Positions 22,484-32,767 are shown, counted from the stretch's first letter. The stretch is DNA of 36,978 nt from Nemertoderma westbladi (GCA_032718475.1 JAUCBJ010007668.1:1-36978), one strand, 5' to 3'. The notes: generated from the letters alone by a model not told the origin. Translations and numbers: made by a program.

Positions 22484-25400
22484 TTACGTTATGGAGTCCC
22501 TAGATGTTTGAAGGATTAGGGAGGTGGTCGTGGGAAGAGAATCTTGCCTTCCACAGTTTCCGGAGAGTCCTCCATTCCCTTCCGGTAAACACAAACGACC
22601 GACTGGGTGATTGAGTCGCTGCATCCCGAATACAATTCCAGGTTTCCTCTTCGTCCTGGAATAGTGGCGATAGAAACATCGCTCTAGGTACACGACGGCC
22701 TTACAAAGCCGATTCCAGGAGCTATAGGGGTCCGTCGCTCCCTGCAGGAGAGGTGAGAGTCCCTGCGAGACGTCTGATGTTCCAGAGCTCCAATCGCTCT
22801 CTCTGATCTTCATGAAGGATCCACTCGCGGTGGGGAGGTCCAGATCCACGGCGTCGTCCCTGGCAATATGTAATACCGACAGATCTATCCCGGGTTCAAA
22901 TAACTCCGATCCACCCGTCCGGGTTTTAGGTTTGACTTTCTCCACTCCCTTGGCTGGTCTAATCTCAGTCGGAGTAAGATGGGGAGGCCATTCATCCTCC
23001 TTACTCAGGAAGTCGGGTTCACCTAACCGGTCTGTAGTATCTGTCAGTTCTTGAGGAGTTGCTCCTCTGGAAGCGATGTCAGTTGGATTAAACTTCTTGG
23101 GGCAATATCTCCATTGATCTACATTGGAGCTAATATCGTCATTATCTGAGGAGTATGGTGTTCCCTCAGTTGGGTCGTCTCCCTCACTAGTATCATCTTC
23201 CCATTCACTCACCTGGCAGACGCGATCTTGAAGCAGTCTTTCTCTGAGCGTTCTTCGGGAAGGTCCAGTAAGGTACCAACCTACTCTAGTTCTTACCGCA
23301 TAGGTCTGAAGTGGTTGCGGTTGAGCAGGTCGTTTCTCCAATGTCTCCAGCGCCTCGTGCGCGTTTTGACCGATTAATATTTGTACTCCAGGATAATCGG
23401 TGTCGAATCTAGGGATGTTAAGTTGTTGGGCATGATCATCTTCGTTCCAATTATAAGGTTCCACTTGGGTGGTAGCGAAGTTCTTTATTGCCACCATTTT
23501 GACTGACCTTATACTGTATTCTCCTAGTTTATCCTGTGGAGTGGACAACTCACCTATATAATAGTCGGCAGCTACAGTAGAATTCCAAACCTGCATGATC
23601 CCTGACATGTTTAGCTTGGTTCGGAACTTGGGTTGTCCAGCAAAGATGACTTCGGCTAGTTCTTTATCGATGAATGTTCCTGTGCTACCGGAGTCCAGGA
23701 GGGCGTTCACTATATAGCTCTTCTGAGGTCCGTGGACCCGTAACTGGACTACAGGAAATTCTCGGATTCCTATATTGGAAGTTGGCGCTTTCCAAGATGG
23801 TTGTTGATCAGAAGTAGTTAAGGTAAGGTCGCTGTCTGTGTCTTTCTCATGCATGAGTGCTCGATACACTGCGGTGGTGTTTATTAGGTAACAGGATTCG
23901 TTTTGGTCGGAGAACTCGTCCGTATAGAATCCTTCCATCTCAGATTGATCAGTGTCGTTCACATCACTGAATTGGACATGTAGTTCGGACTCACTTACCT
24001 GACTCGGGCTGTTTCGTTCGAATTCCGTGTGCAACAAGATATGATGTTTTGCGCCGCACTTTGCACACCTTGCGTCGGAGTAACAGGTTCGCCGTTGGTG
24101 TCCTCGTCTGAGGCAATTATAACACAACCGCTTATCCCACATGACTTCACGTCTATCCTTTAGTGATTTCCTCAGGAATTTATCACACGCATTTAAACGG
24201 TGGGGCCCGTCGCACAGCACACATTTCGGCTTGATGTTACTTACTTTAACCTGTGCTATGTGGTGCACACTTGTTCTTTCCTCGGGCTTTCTCACCTGAA
24301 TTCTTTTAGGAGACGTAGGAGGGGTTTTTTGTACCGGTTCCCTTCTGTCATTGGGTCGAGACTTGGATTTACTTACCTGGTCTTTAGGCGTTTTATTGAC
24401 GTAATAAGATCTTTCAGTGTCTTTCCCGCTGTCCTCTCCTTGAGAGGTTTGGCTTTCGCCGTCGTCTGTATAACACATTGGTGTTACCCTTCTCCTAGAA
24501 ACGGGTTTCTCACTTACCTTGTTTTCCAATGTCTTCTCTCTGGACTGCCTTAGGAGCTGTAATTTCACTTCTCTATCTAAGAATGACATGAGATCAGTCA
24601 TGGTAGGGTCTCGTCGTTGTTGTTCCATCATATATAACACTTTCTTATCCCAGCGTGTACCTACTCCACCCTTCGGTAAAGTAGATGCTAAGGCTCCTAC
24701 AACCATAGAATTCTGGTATTCATGAGACTTACCTAACCAATCTAGTTGTCTACAGATCTCCTGAATCTCATCGGAAAACTCTATAATCCCGCTGCTAAGA
24801 AACTTTCGGGGCGCCATTAATTTCGCATATAAATACCTAGCTATGTTAGTCCTATTACCATACCTGATGTTTAGTGTATCCCAAACTTGTCTTAATCCAT
24901 CTGGATGTCCAATAAATTTTAACGCCATTGACTTGGGAGATCCTTCCAAGCACTCGATGAGGAATCTAAGTTTCTCTCCATTAGATAGCACAGAGTTCTG
25001 TATGTTATCTTTGTAATATTCATTAAAAGGTAACCATTTCATCTCATCTCCATTGAACTTGACGATCTCTCCCACCTTTACCGCTTGCCGGGCTTCGGTT
25101 CTAGCCATTTGACGCGTAAAACTTTCTTGGGCCATCGTGTTATTTAATATCGAGTTATCGGTATATAAATTTCTCGGATTATGATCCGGTCTATAGGGAA
25201 TATCATTATCAACAGGTTTATAATTACCCTTAATAGGGTTCACTATAGGAGTTTCTACTTCGCTAGCAGTATAGATGCGTGTAGGCTCCACACCTTGCGC
25301 ATGTGTTACTTCAGACCTAACAGGTTGACACATTGTTACAGGGGGTGGTGATATACCCCTTTTTGTGTTCACTAATTTATCGCGCTCCACCGCGATACTT

Positions 25401-25540
25401 TGCTGCACTTCTTGCAACTCTAGTCTACTTTCCCTTACTGTGCCCTTAAATTGTTGAACAGTCTCCTGCATCTGCCCGAGCAGGAGATCCATCCCCCGCC
25501 GTCTCTCGTCCACCCATTCGACCGCCGAAGCGGGAGACAT
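22484..25540 (-). CDS. BEL/Pao Gag core + zinc knuckles + aspartic protease + short in-frame remnants of RNase H and integrase ends (1018 aa)
   Basis: KFNGDEMKWLPF...EKLRFLIECLEG...L.IRYG (DUF1759-like). CVLCDGPH..C / CYNCLRRGH....C / CAKCGAKHHILLH. ALLDSGS..TFI, ILIG and TRVGWYLTG. Then QWRYCPKKFNPTDIASRG, YSSWNRL and HPVGRLCL. No YxDD motif and no DDE core. Confidence 0.9.
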   Translation of the reverse strand: MSPASAVEWVDERRRGMDLLLGQMQETVQQFKGTVRESRLELQEVQQSIAVERDKLVNTKRGISPPPVTMCQPVRSEVTHAQGVEPTRIYTASEVETPIVNPIKGNYKPVDNDIPYRPDHNPRNLYTDNSILNNTMAQESFTRQMARTEARQAVKVGEIVKFNGDEMKWLPFNEYYKDNIQNSVLSNGEKLRFLIECLEGSPKSMALKFIGHPDGLRQVWDTLNIRYGNRTNIARYLYAKLMAPRKFLSSGIIEFSDEIQEICRQLDWLGKSHEYQNSMVVGALASTLPKGGVGTRWDKKVLYMMEQQRRDPTMTDLMSFLDREVKLQLLRQSREKTLENKVSEKPVSRRRVTPMCYTDDGESQTSQGEDSGKDTERSYYVNKTPKDQVSKSKSRPNDRREPVQKTPPTSPKRIQVRKPEERTSVHHIAQVKVSNIKPKCVLCDGPHRLNACDKFLRKSLKDRREVMWDKRLCYNCLRRGHQRRTCYSDARCAKCGAKHHILLHTEFERNSPSQVSESELHVQFSDVNDTDQSEMEGFYTDEFSDQNESCYLINTTAVYRALMHEKDTDSDLTLTTSDQQPSWKAPTSNIGIREFPVVQLRVHGPQKSYIVNALLDSGSTGTFIDKELAEVIFAGQPKFRTKLNMSGIMQVWNSTVAADYYIGELSTPQDKLGEYSIRSVKMVAIKNFATTQVEPYNWNEDDHAQQLNIPRFDTDYPGVQILIGQNAHEALETLEKRPAQPQPLQTYAVRTRVGWYLTGPSRRTLRERLLQDRVCQVSEWEDDTSEGDDPTEGTPYSSDNDDISSNVDQWRYCPKKFNPTDIASRGATPQELTDTTDRLGEPDFLSKEDEWPPHLTPTEIRPAKGVEKVKPKTRTGGSELFEPGIDLSVLHIARDDAVDLDLPTASGSFMKIRESDWSSGTSDVSQGLSPLLQGATDPYSSWNRLCKAVVYLERCFYRHYSRTKRKPGIVFGMQRLNHPVGRLCLPEGNGGLSGNCGRQDSLPTTTSLILQTSRDSIT

Positions 25541-25751
25541 TCTTCAGACCTAACGGGTTGACACATTGTTACAGGGGGTGGTGGTATACCCCTTTGTAAA
25601 CCCCTTTCTATACCCCCTTTAACTGTTGAACAGTCCCTTCTAACTCTCGGACCTGTTGGGAGGAGCGCCTTTGATTCTCCTCCATCTTTCCGAGGAGAAT
25701 GTCCATCCCCCGCCGTCTCTCGTCCACCCAATCAACCGCCGAAACGGGATC
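25312..25751 (-). repeat. Internal tandem duplication (~210-230 bp) at the ORF1/ORF2 junction
   Basis: SAV(D/E)WVDERRRGMD.LLG...TVQQ.KG and GI.PPPVTMCQPVRSE are each encoded twice. Confidence 0.9.
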
Positions 25752-27560
25752 CGCCAACGTTGTAGCGGGCGGACGAGGGACAATGGGCGACAAATCATGA
25801 ATATTTCGCTCGGAGTCCAGAGCATGAACTGTCTCATGGGCTGTTCTGCTGGGCACAGGTAGCTTAGTGCTGTGCAACGGGAATTGAGAGGTAGGTTCAG
25901 GGAGTACAGGTGTCTCTACGACCGAAAGGGTAGCTTCGGGAACAGGCCTAATTATTTCAGGCTCATCTACTACAGTAGGGAGTCTCTCTATTGTAATTAT
26001 TTGGTCTGTGGGTTCTGTACTCGCTAAGTTGGTGTTATTTAGTTGCCTTCTAACAGCTGGAGGCAAATCAGGCAATTTCTGACGGTGGAATGTTCTTTTA
26101 CGTCTGCTTAGGCGAGATCGATTTCCTCCGCCTTCAGTGTCGGTGGTATCGCCTTCTTCAGATGATGTATAACCCTGTCTTTTGGGAGTAGATCGATTCA
26201 TCATCTGCATATTACTAGCTGTTAACTGTCTACTGAAGTCGTCTTGCTTCTCTTGAAGACCCTCCAACTCCAGTTGGGCGATCTCTTCAGCCGCTCTCCG
26301 TTCTGCTTCCGCCACTTTTGCCTCTGCCGCTGCCGCTGCCGCTGCCGCTTTTCTTTCTGCTTCTGCAGCTACCACTGCTGCTTTCTTTCTGTCTTCTATA
26401 CGTTTTTTCTTTACTTGTTCTTCTTGGACTCGTGTGATGCGGAGTTGTTCATCAAATTTAGCCTGATTCGCAGCCCTCATTTCCACATCGATGGCATCCA
26501 ACACAAGCTTGGTTCCTTCACTATTAGGGCTAAGTCCCTCTAACCTTCTCCTCAACTCATCATCACCTAAAAAACGTTGATAGTCTGACAGATAGATGTC
26601 AATGGCATCCCTCTTATGCGGTTTCTCTGCCGTCGCTTCACTTTCCACTTGGGAAAAAGTAGCGTCTGTTGATTCTCCATGGGTTGATCGCTCCTCCAGC
26701 TGAGCTTTCCACTGAGCTGTTCCTTGAACCTGGAGACTCACCCGTTGAAACCAAGTCTTTACGGCAACTTGCAACGACGTGTCTTGCCTTCGTTTAGAAG
26801 CCTCCTCAAAGGCCGATAATATTAGCCTGATTCGTAGAATTCTTTCTCTAACTTGATAAAGCAGTTGTCCCTGCTCTTGAGGTCCTTGTGGTTGTTGAAA
26901 CAGTTGTCCTTTTACTCGCTCCATAGAGCTGAAGAATCCCTGTGCGTATCCGGCTGCGGACCTCTTCCACACAGCTGGATCGATGGTTTCCTTGGCTACT
27001 CCCATCTGGTGTATGTCTTCCCAGGCAGCTTCTGATAAATCGAACGGGAGTCCGGGTCCGGGGAAGTTCCATTGCGACTCGACCATAGATTTCAGTTCTT
27101 CCTTTGTGTATCCCGCATAACTATCTTTAGTTGAGCGCTTACTTCTCGCCCAATCGATCTGGTGTTCTTCCACCGCGATCAATAGCCTAGTGAGTACGGC
27201 TGCAGGAAGAATGAGAAGGGGATCCGAATAAACCGCATCCGTCATCCTTGCTCCGCGCTCGGGTGTCAGTTCTACAGTATCCTCACTACTGGAGCTGTTG
27301 GGCCATTGAGAAGTAAGTTCTTGGCTCGCGGGTTGTTGCTGTTCTGCTGCTTCTTGGTCCCGCTTGACCTGAGCTCGAGTGCCTATGATAGACCTACGAT
27401 GTTGGACCAGCCTAGGTTCTGTTATTACTACAGGAGGGATGACCTTCCTCACAGTGGGAGGTGAACTGAACTTACGACTAGACGGTTCTACGCCTCTATC
27501 TGAGTCGCAGATAGCTACATCTAATAAACTATCTGACAGGTTCTGTTTAGTGTCAGACAT
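25608..27560 (-). CDS. ORF1 of the BEL/Pao element: Gag N-terminal-like coiled-coil / low-complexity protein (650 aa)
   Basis: Long uninterrupted ORF with first ATG at 27560. It has an Ala/Glu-rich helix (AAEAERKAAAAAAAAEAK), a basic patch RSRLSRRKR and a Pro-rich linker, and its end duplicates the start of ORF2. Confidence 0.8.
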   Translation of the reverse strand: MSDTKQNLSDSLLDVAICDSDRGVEPSSRKFSSPPTVRKVIPPVVITEPRLVQHRRSIIGTRAQVKRDQEAAEQQQPASQELTSQWPNSSSSEDTVELTPERGARMTDAVYSDPLLILPAAVLTRLLIAVEEHQIDWARSKRSTKDSYAGYTKEELKSMVESQWNFPGPGLPFDLSEAAWEDIHQMGVAKETIDPAVWKRSAAGYAQGFFSSMERVKGQLFQQPQGPQEQGQLLYQVRERILRIRLILSAFEEASKRRQDTSLQVAVKTWFQRVSLQVQGTAQWKAQLEERSTHGESTDATFSQVESEATAEKPHKRDAIDIYLSDYQRFLGDDELRRRLEGLSPNSEGTKLVLDAIDVEMRAANQAKFDEQLRITRVQEEQVKKKRIEDRKKAAVVAAEAERKAAAAAAAAEAKVAEAERRAAEEIAQLELEGLQEKQDDFSRQLTASNMQMMNRSTPKRQGYTSSEEGDTTDTEGGGNRSRLSRRKRTFHRQKLPDLPPAVRRQLNNTNLASTEPTDQIITIERLPTVVDEPEIIRPVPEATLSVVETPVLPEPTSQFPLHSTKLPVPSRTAHETVHALDSERNIHDLSPIVPRPPATTLADPVSAVDWVDERRRGMDILLGKMEENQRRSSQQVRELEGTVQQLKGV

Positions 27561-27689
27561 GTTGGTTTGCACAGTTGAATGCCTACTGCTATATTACAGT
27601 TTAAGCAAGTCTAGTAATTCAGAGTTAACTGCTAGCCTAGTAATTAATTACCGATACTGCTACTCAGGGCAGCGTGATATATATAATAT

Positions 27690-27945
27690 ATTAGAATACC
27701 GGTATGCTTATAGTATATATAACTATATAAGTATTATTACAGACTAGGTTTATCACAGAATACCGGTATAATTTTAGCACAAATATATATAAATATATAA
27801 TAGGCCTATCGGGAATACCGGTATACAGCTTACAGTTTGTAGTATATATAATTCTGGACTAGAATTAATTACAAGTACCGGTATAATTTCAGCCTAAATT
27901 TATAGAAATAAAGATAATAGGCCTATCGTAAATACCGGTATATCA
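27690..27945. repeat. Degenerate tandem repeat with five (A)TACCGGTAT palindromes
   Basis: Palindrome cores near 27695, 27760, 27815, 27876 and 27932. The TAATAGGCCTATCG block repeats about 117 bp apart. Confidence 0.65.
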
Positions 27946-28881
27946 ATTATTTTAAATAACTGAATTTCTGAATTTTAAGGTTACTTGGTTACCTTAACTT
28001 ACTTTATTGCCGTTATTTAAGCAGTAGTCCAACTGATATTGAGACCTAATTGTTGTATGGCAGGCCTACTATTTATAAATCGTTTGAGTTGATTTATAAT
28101 ATATATATACCCGTTTTAATGGGCTTTAGTCAATGCTTGAAATAAATGTTATTATTTCTGGGGAGTAATCACTACACAAAGCGGTGCGCTTTCAGTGAAG
28201 TGTTACTTATAGGACACTAAAACAAATAATGCTAATTTACCTAAGTTACTTAATACTACAAATTACGTACGATTCGGGTTGAGATTACAATCTCTAAATA
28301 AACACAAAAATTTACAAAAACACAATATGAATTTTCAGGGTAATTTTACAAGAAGTCTACAAACCAGCCTAACAAAGGGTTAGAAATCTGGTTATTACAA
28401 CAGACAGGGTACTACGGTATTTGAAAATAATAAGTAGTAGTAAATACACTGCGTTGTCCAGATAGGAAAATACCACCGCCTGACGACCTATAGCCGTATC
28501 GCTATAGGTTCTACGTTATGTATCACGGAGTGTTCCTACCTAGAAGTTAATAGAGCTAATCGAACGTGCCTATCAACCACTTTACAACACAAATATAATG
28601 CCTACACTAATTACTTTCGGAAAGCACTGTACACTAAACCCTAAATTAGGTACGAGTACTTGTACAACAGATAATCAGTAGTTAAATATACTTGAACAGC
28701 TAAAAGAACCACGGCATCTGCTGGAGTGACCGGTGCACAAAATCACCAGTCTTTACCTACGCCAAGCAGCCCGTGTAGTACCGGGGTTAATTTAACTATA
28801 GCGGTATGTATAACAAACACAATTATTGTAGGAACAAACTTGGGGAATGAATGTTGCGAATAATCGCATAAACTCTGAATA

Positions 28882-29140
28882 ATAAATATTACGCTACGCG
28901 TACAAACTACTCAAACAAAATGCAGACCAAATACCGACAGACTACTATCAAGCCTAAACAAACTACGGTATATGCAGACTCCGAAATGATTAGGTAGTAT
29001 GCGTTCTAACCCAGTAGTACGACTTATTCTTTAATTGGGGGTTTACCTTACAGCATTGGCTGCCCCTACTTCCTAACCGTTCTTTATCGGACAAGGGCTC
29101 TACACACACTACAATCCGTTCAGACCTAATAACAGCCAGA
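28882..29140 (-). repeat. Leader repeat copy A (~260 bp) with a ~120-bp near-invariant core
   Basis: Colinear with 32115-32378. The core ATGCAGACTCCG...TTTATCGGACA differs at one base. Confidence 0.9.
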
Positions 29141-29836
29141 TGAGGTAGAATAAAACGTCTGTCCTTATCTGATCTGATCTGACAGCATCTGATCCTATAA
29201 CCAATCAGGAGAAAGAGATATAATATTTACCTAACTGTCTGTTAGGTAAATAGCCAATAGCTGAATAGGGGATCACGTTTCAGGTTGCCTGTTACGTATC
29301 AGTATCATCATATGAAGTAGCAGTACAGGCATATCAGTATGCATCTAAATGCACAAAGGCATGTTATTATATATTAAAAATGCGATATAGGATGAAGGAT
29401 GGCGGGTATGAAAGTTGTGTGATTGTCCCAGCAAGATGGATAGTTTCAGATGTAAAAAACTTTCGTAGATTTAGTCTGTTACAGTAGTTGGTGTTGAAAC
29501 ATTCAACTTTTATTAAAAACAATACAGCATTTGCTGCAATATTTTTTTCGTAAATCTTTCTTGTTAATAGTTATCATTATTAATAGTTAAAGTTAATTAT
29601 ATTAATTATAATTAATATTATTAATTAAGTACGGTAATGATTCTTATTAATATATTACATTTAAAATATGTATGAAATTTAAGAATTTTATTAATTTTAC
29701 TATTTATTAAAGAATATGGGAAGGTGGATGGGAATGTGGGAATTTATAAACACTTATTACCTTCCAATTGAAGGAAAAGAGCAGGTTACAGCGGCTGTAA
29801 TTTCTAACCAAAACAATAAACGACGTTGTTACCTAC

Positions 29837-31051
29837 TGTTCGCGCTTTCAGACCTTTGGCAGTTTAACCCGCCAAATTAGGATGTCTTCTAGATAATAAA
29901 TCGCTTTTAGCCTCTGACAAGTATTTGATTCACTACACTAGTTGAAACCAATCTGTGCGCGATCATTCACCCGCTGGATATACCCGGGAGATTGACTTTG
30001 ACGGCTTAATCTTATTGCTATGTAAGCCTAATGTATTATTCGACTGACAGTATTATATAATCTCTGACAATATTATTCACCTTCGGGGAATATTAACAGT
30101 TCCTTTTGGACGTGGCGCTCTATCTATATAAACAGAGCTATGACTTAAACTACATGCAACGATATGGCTTAGTTACAATTCACATATATGGCGCATTCTT
30201 TAGGAAATGCTTCGTTATCAGTCTCACTCATACACAATGCTGCACAATACTGCACACTGATCTGCCGATCTTCACTGATTTTAGTCACATATAAAAGGAA
30301 CACAGACCGACTCATGTAGGGTCTATCAGATAACATTAGATTCACTTCAAACCACTTTAACATAAGTCACAATCGTTATATGTAACCTGTCTCTCTTACC
30401 TTCGGTATATCAAGAATATTGGGTTTTCGGGGTTATTTCTCGTTATTCCAAATATAATATTTCATCAACCATATAATGAATAACCGACAGTAAATAGCAG
30501 TATAACGTTATAAAAGTATGCACGACAAGACCAGCCAAGCATTGAGTAAGTTGTTAACCATTGAGTTACCCAGTGATAACGGATATATGTCCTTATAATT
30601 AAGCCTACTAGTGTTAGGCTAAAAGCAGAAAAGCACAAATATTCCAAAAGCCGTTCTTTCTTGGCTCAGGACTGAATGATAACACTGCCCATAAAGCATT
30701 GCGTGATTTCTAGGAAATTTCTGTACAAGAACAGTAAAAACGCTCTGATTGGTTGACTGAACTGAGAGGCACCGTAGAACAAAGAAAATCGACACGTATA
30801 CAGCTCAGCTGTTAACCGTCGTCATAGTAACTACTGTTTCAAGAGGATCTAGCTATTTTGCGTCATAGAATTGCCATAGAATCACCAACCATGTCCCCCA
30901 AAGTACACATACGGAAGAAATAGCTCTTAGGTCCTCTAAAAAACACCGATACAGCAATAATACGGCCTCTTACGCCTACTAAACCAACTACAGAGTATTT
31001 TACGGGAAAAATAAGGAAAAATAACCGGGCAATTCCGCAAAAGCTTTTACA
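29837..31051 (-). mobile_element. Solo LTR of a sibling subfamily of the host BEL/Pao element (1215 bp)
   Basis: Same termini TGTTCGCGC...GCTTTTACA and its own 5-bp TSD CCTAC (29832-29836 and 31052-31056). The left ~690 bp is closely similar to the main LTRs and the right part is diverged. Confidence 0.93.
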
Positions 31052-31266
31052 CCTACAAATTGGGAAAGGAGCAGGTTACCGAGACAGAGTTTTCTAACCA
31101 AAACAATAAACGATTTTGTTACCTACCAATTGAGGGAAAGGAGAATATGTTACCGCGGCAGCTTGTTTACACAGTTACACCCGTCACCTTCTTACTAACC
31201 GTCCTACGGACTGATCAATAGATCATCCCCCTCAAAAAATAAAGGACATCGCGCACGCGCATAAAA

Positions 31267-31632
31267 CACTTAATAAAGATAAATTTAATAAAAAATATCG
31301 ACCGAAAAATGAAATCCTGGTATTCTTCACATGGGCGAAGAATACCAGACTTTCTGCCGTTTTATTTCACTTTGCAGTTACCCCTATGTGAAGAATACCA
31401 GGTTTTCACCAAAAACACAGGTTACAGAAGGGCTGAATATAACCAAAACAATAAACGAATTAGTACAGTATATGTGCAGGTTATAAGACATAAATAAGCT
31501 CTATAATACACTCAATAAAGATAAATTAAAAAAGAATTAAAATCTTCAAATATAAAATTCCAATAAAAGTCGACCGAAAAGTGAAATCCTGGTATTCTTC
31601 ACATGGGCGGTATTCTTCACATGGACCGACAC
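31267..31632. repeat. Duplicated/inverted GGTATTCTTCACAT modules (MITE remnant)
   Basis: TCGACCGAAAA.TGAAATCCTGGTATTCTTCACATGGGCG occurs near 31298 and 31570, with an inverted ATGTGAAGAATACC at 31386-31399. Confidence 0.6.
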
Positions 31633-31774
31633 CAAAATTTGGCACCAGCCGCTAAAAACAAAGTTAAAATTTCTAGCTTATTTTATTTGAATTCCTTTTA
31701 GTTCGTTTCAGTTAGTCTTTTAGTTAGTATCGTTAGTTTCAGAGCGGGAAGTATTATATTGACACCCCCCCCCC

Positions 31775-31996
31775 CTGGTTTAAGGGGAATACCGGGGAAA
31801 CTTCACATGCTGACATAGGCAGAAAGTCCAGTACTCATTTAGCTACCGTACCATTTAAGGATGCAAGGCAGAGATGCCTCGCTAAACCCTTCAAAACATT
31901 CGTGCCGAAACGAAAACTACCTTGGCCCCATGCCGGGGTTGAACCCACAACCTCCGAGAGATGTGAATTCAATATAACCACTACACCAAGGTGCGC
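31775..31996 (-). mobile_element. tRNA-derived SINE-like element
   Basis: Pol III A box TGGTGTAGTGG (31988-31978) and B box GGTTCAACCCC (31945-31935) at tRNA spacing, no clean cloverleaf, followed by unrelated body sequence. The 3' limit is uncertain. Confidence 0.6.
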
Positions 31997-32114
31997 TCTG
32001 AACCAAGATGGAACAAGTGTCAGATACCGTCAGATCAGATCAGATCAGATCAGATAAGGACAGACGTTTTAGCCATCCTACAGCCAGACAACTATCCAGC
32101 CTACAAATTATCTA

Positions 32115-32378
32115 AATAAATATTATACGCTACCCGTACAGACTTACACAAACAAAGTACAGACTAAACGATGGCAGACTACTCTCAAGCCTAAATAAAC
32201 TACAGGACATGCAGACTCCGAAATGATTAGGTAGTATGCGTTCTAACCCAGTAGTACGACTTATTCTTTAGTTGGGGGTTTACCTTACAGCATTGGCTGC
32301 CCCTACTTCCTAACCGTTCTTTATCGGACAGGTGATCCACACACACTACAATCCGTTCAGACTTAACAGCAATCAGAC
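32115..32378 (-). repeat. Leader repeat copy B (~260 bp)
   Basis: Colinear with 28882-29140. Confidence 0.9.
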
Positions 32379-32577
32379 AACAGCTCAGCCTACCAATTGT
32401 CTGTACAATCTGATCAGGCTTACACGCCTTCTGTTCAATACTGGCCTACAAATAAAATAAAACTGACAGAAATAAGTAAGCTCCAAAAGAAACAAGGGGT
32501 GTACAGTCCCTAATCTCTTAAACAGCCTACCGGTATGCAACAATCAAATCGAATAATACTAATGTACTTATACGGAA

Positions 32578-32697
32578 GTACCGGTTAGGACAGTTGGGCC
32601 TACGGACCTACAGAAGTACCGGTTCTGGCAGTTGGACCTACGGACCTACGGCAGTACCGGTTCTGGCAGTTGGGCCTACTGACCTACAGATGTACCG
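32578..32697 (+). repeat. 38-bp tandem repeat, 3 copies, in the retroelement leader
   Basis: GTACCGGTTCTGGCAGTTGG(G/A)CCTACGGACCTACAGA. units start at 32578, 32616 and 32654. Confidence 0.88.
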
Positions 32698-32756
32698 TTC
32701 AGGTTTACCGGTTGACCGGTACTTTCAACTTTATTGCTTACTGCAATAAAGAAGCA

Positions 32757-32767
32757 ATATCCGTTAT
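32757..32767 (-). promoter_or_regulatory. Candidate self-primer binding site (ATAACGGATAT) in the PBS position
   Basis: Abuts the CA end of the 5' LTR, has no TGG, and is the exact reverse complement of the sense-strand LTR 11-mer at 33508-33498. Confidence 0.55.

Larger units (their letters stand above)
29151..32071. mobile_element. Nested non-autonomous TIR element (~2.9 kb), TA at both ends
   Basis: Inverted termini TAAAACGTCTGTCCTTA(TCTGA)nC.G.ATCTGA at 29151-29192 and 32020-32071. No transposase ORF. Confidence 0.7.

Noticed and set aside
31925-31996. tRNA gene
   Set aside because: A and B boxes are present but the acceptor and anticodon stems do not pair cleanly; it is better explained as a SINE head.
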